Below the pieces are notes generated by a model that was given only the letters and a program-made list of their open reading frames with translations, was not told the DNA's origin and ran no database searches. A program made the translations under genes and the position numbers. Positions 51,386 through 51,506 of a stretch of 51,506 bases of DNA are shown one piece after another. This DNA is from Macrostomum lignano (lineage: Eukaryota), in assembly GCA_002269645.1 (NCBI GenBank), contig NIVC01000675.1, positions 1 through 51,506 on the forward strand, read 5' to 3'. Each line of letters opens with the position of its first letter. Within the stretch, counting starts at the first letter, position 1.

Positions 51386-51506
51386 CAATGATGTGTACTT
51401 TTATATTAAGTATGTGCTTATGCTTATGCATATGCAGGGTTTTTTTTTGTGCGCAGAGTGTGCGTATGCACCCTAAATTTTAAAATCGCACCCTGAAATT
51501 AAAAAA

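Overview
Animal (invertebrate-like) eukaryotic genomic DNA with spliceosomal GT-AG introns, GC-rich exons and minisatellite-rich introns. My impression is a Macrostomum-like flatworm, but this is unverified. Contents from left to right: (1) a 5'-truncated, decayed APE-RT-RNaseH non-LTR retrotransposon (LOA-like, minus strand) inserted into a 40-bp minisatellite; (2) an intron-containing tyrosine-recombinase gene (Crypton-like) that the ORF track misses, with the same minisatellite in two of its introns, followed by a perfect 48-bp tandem array; (3) a roughly 34-kb rearranged amplicon of an ACSF3 (malonate-CoA ligase) gene linked to a single-BIR/UBA/RING IAP gene. The amplicon holds pseudogenised and partial tandem copies, a full-length second LOA-like LINE with a 12-bp TSD, and a large inverted duplication. 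Its junction replaced the canonical RING C-terminus in two of the three IAP copies; (4) several MITE-, SINE- and hairpin-type insertions in ACSF3 introns; (5) a complete six-exon macroH2A gene (389 aa, minus strand). There are no rRNA, true tRNA or CRISPR features. All assignments come from manual motif reading; no database searches were run.
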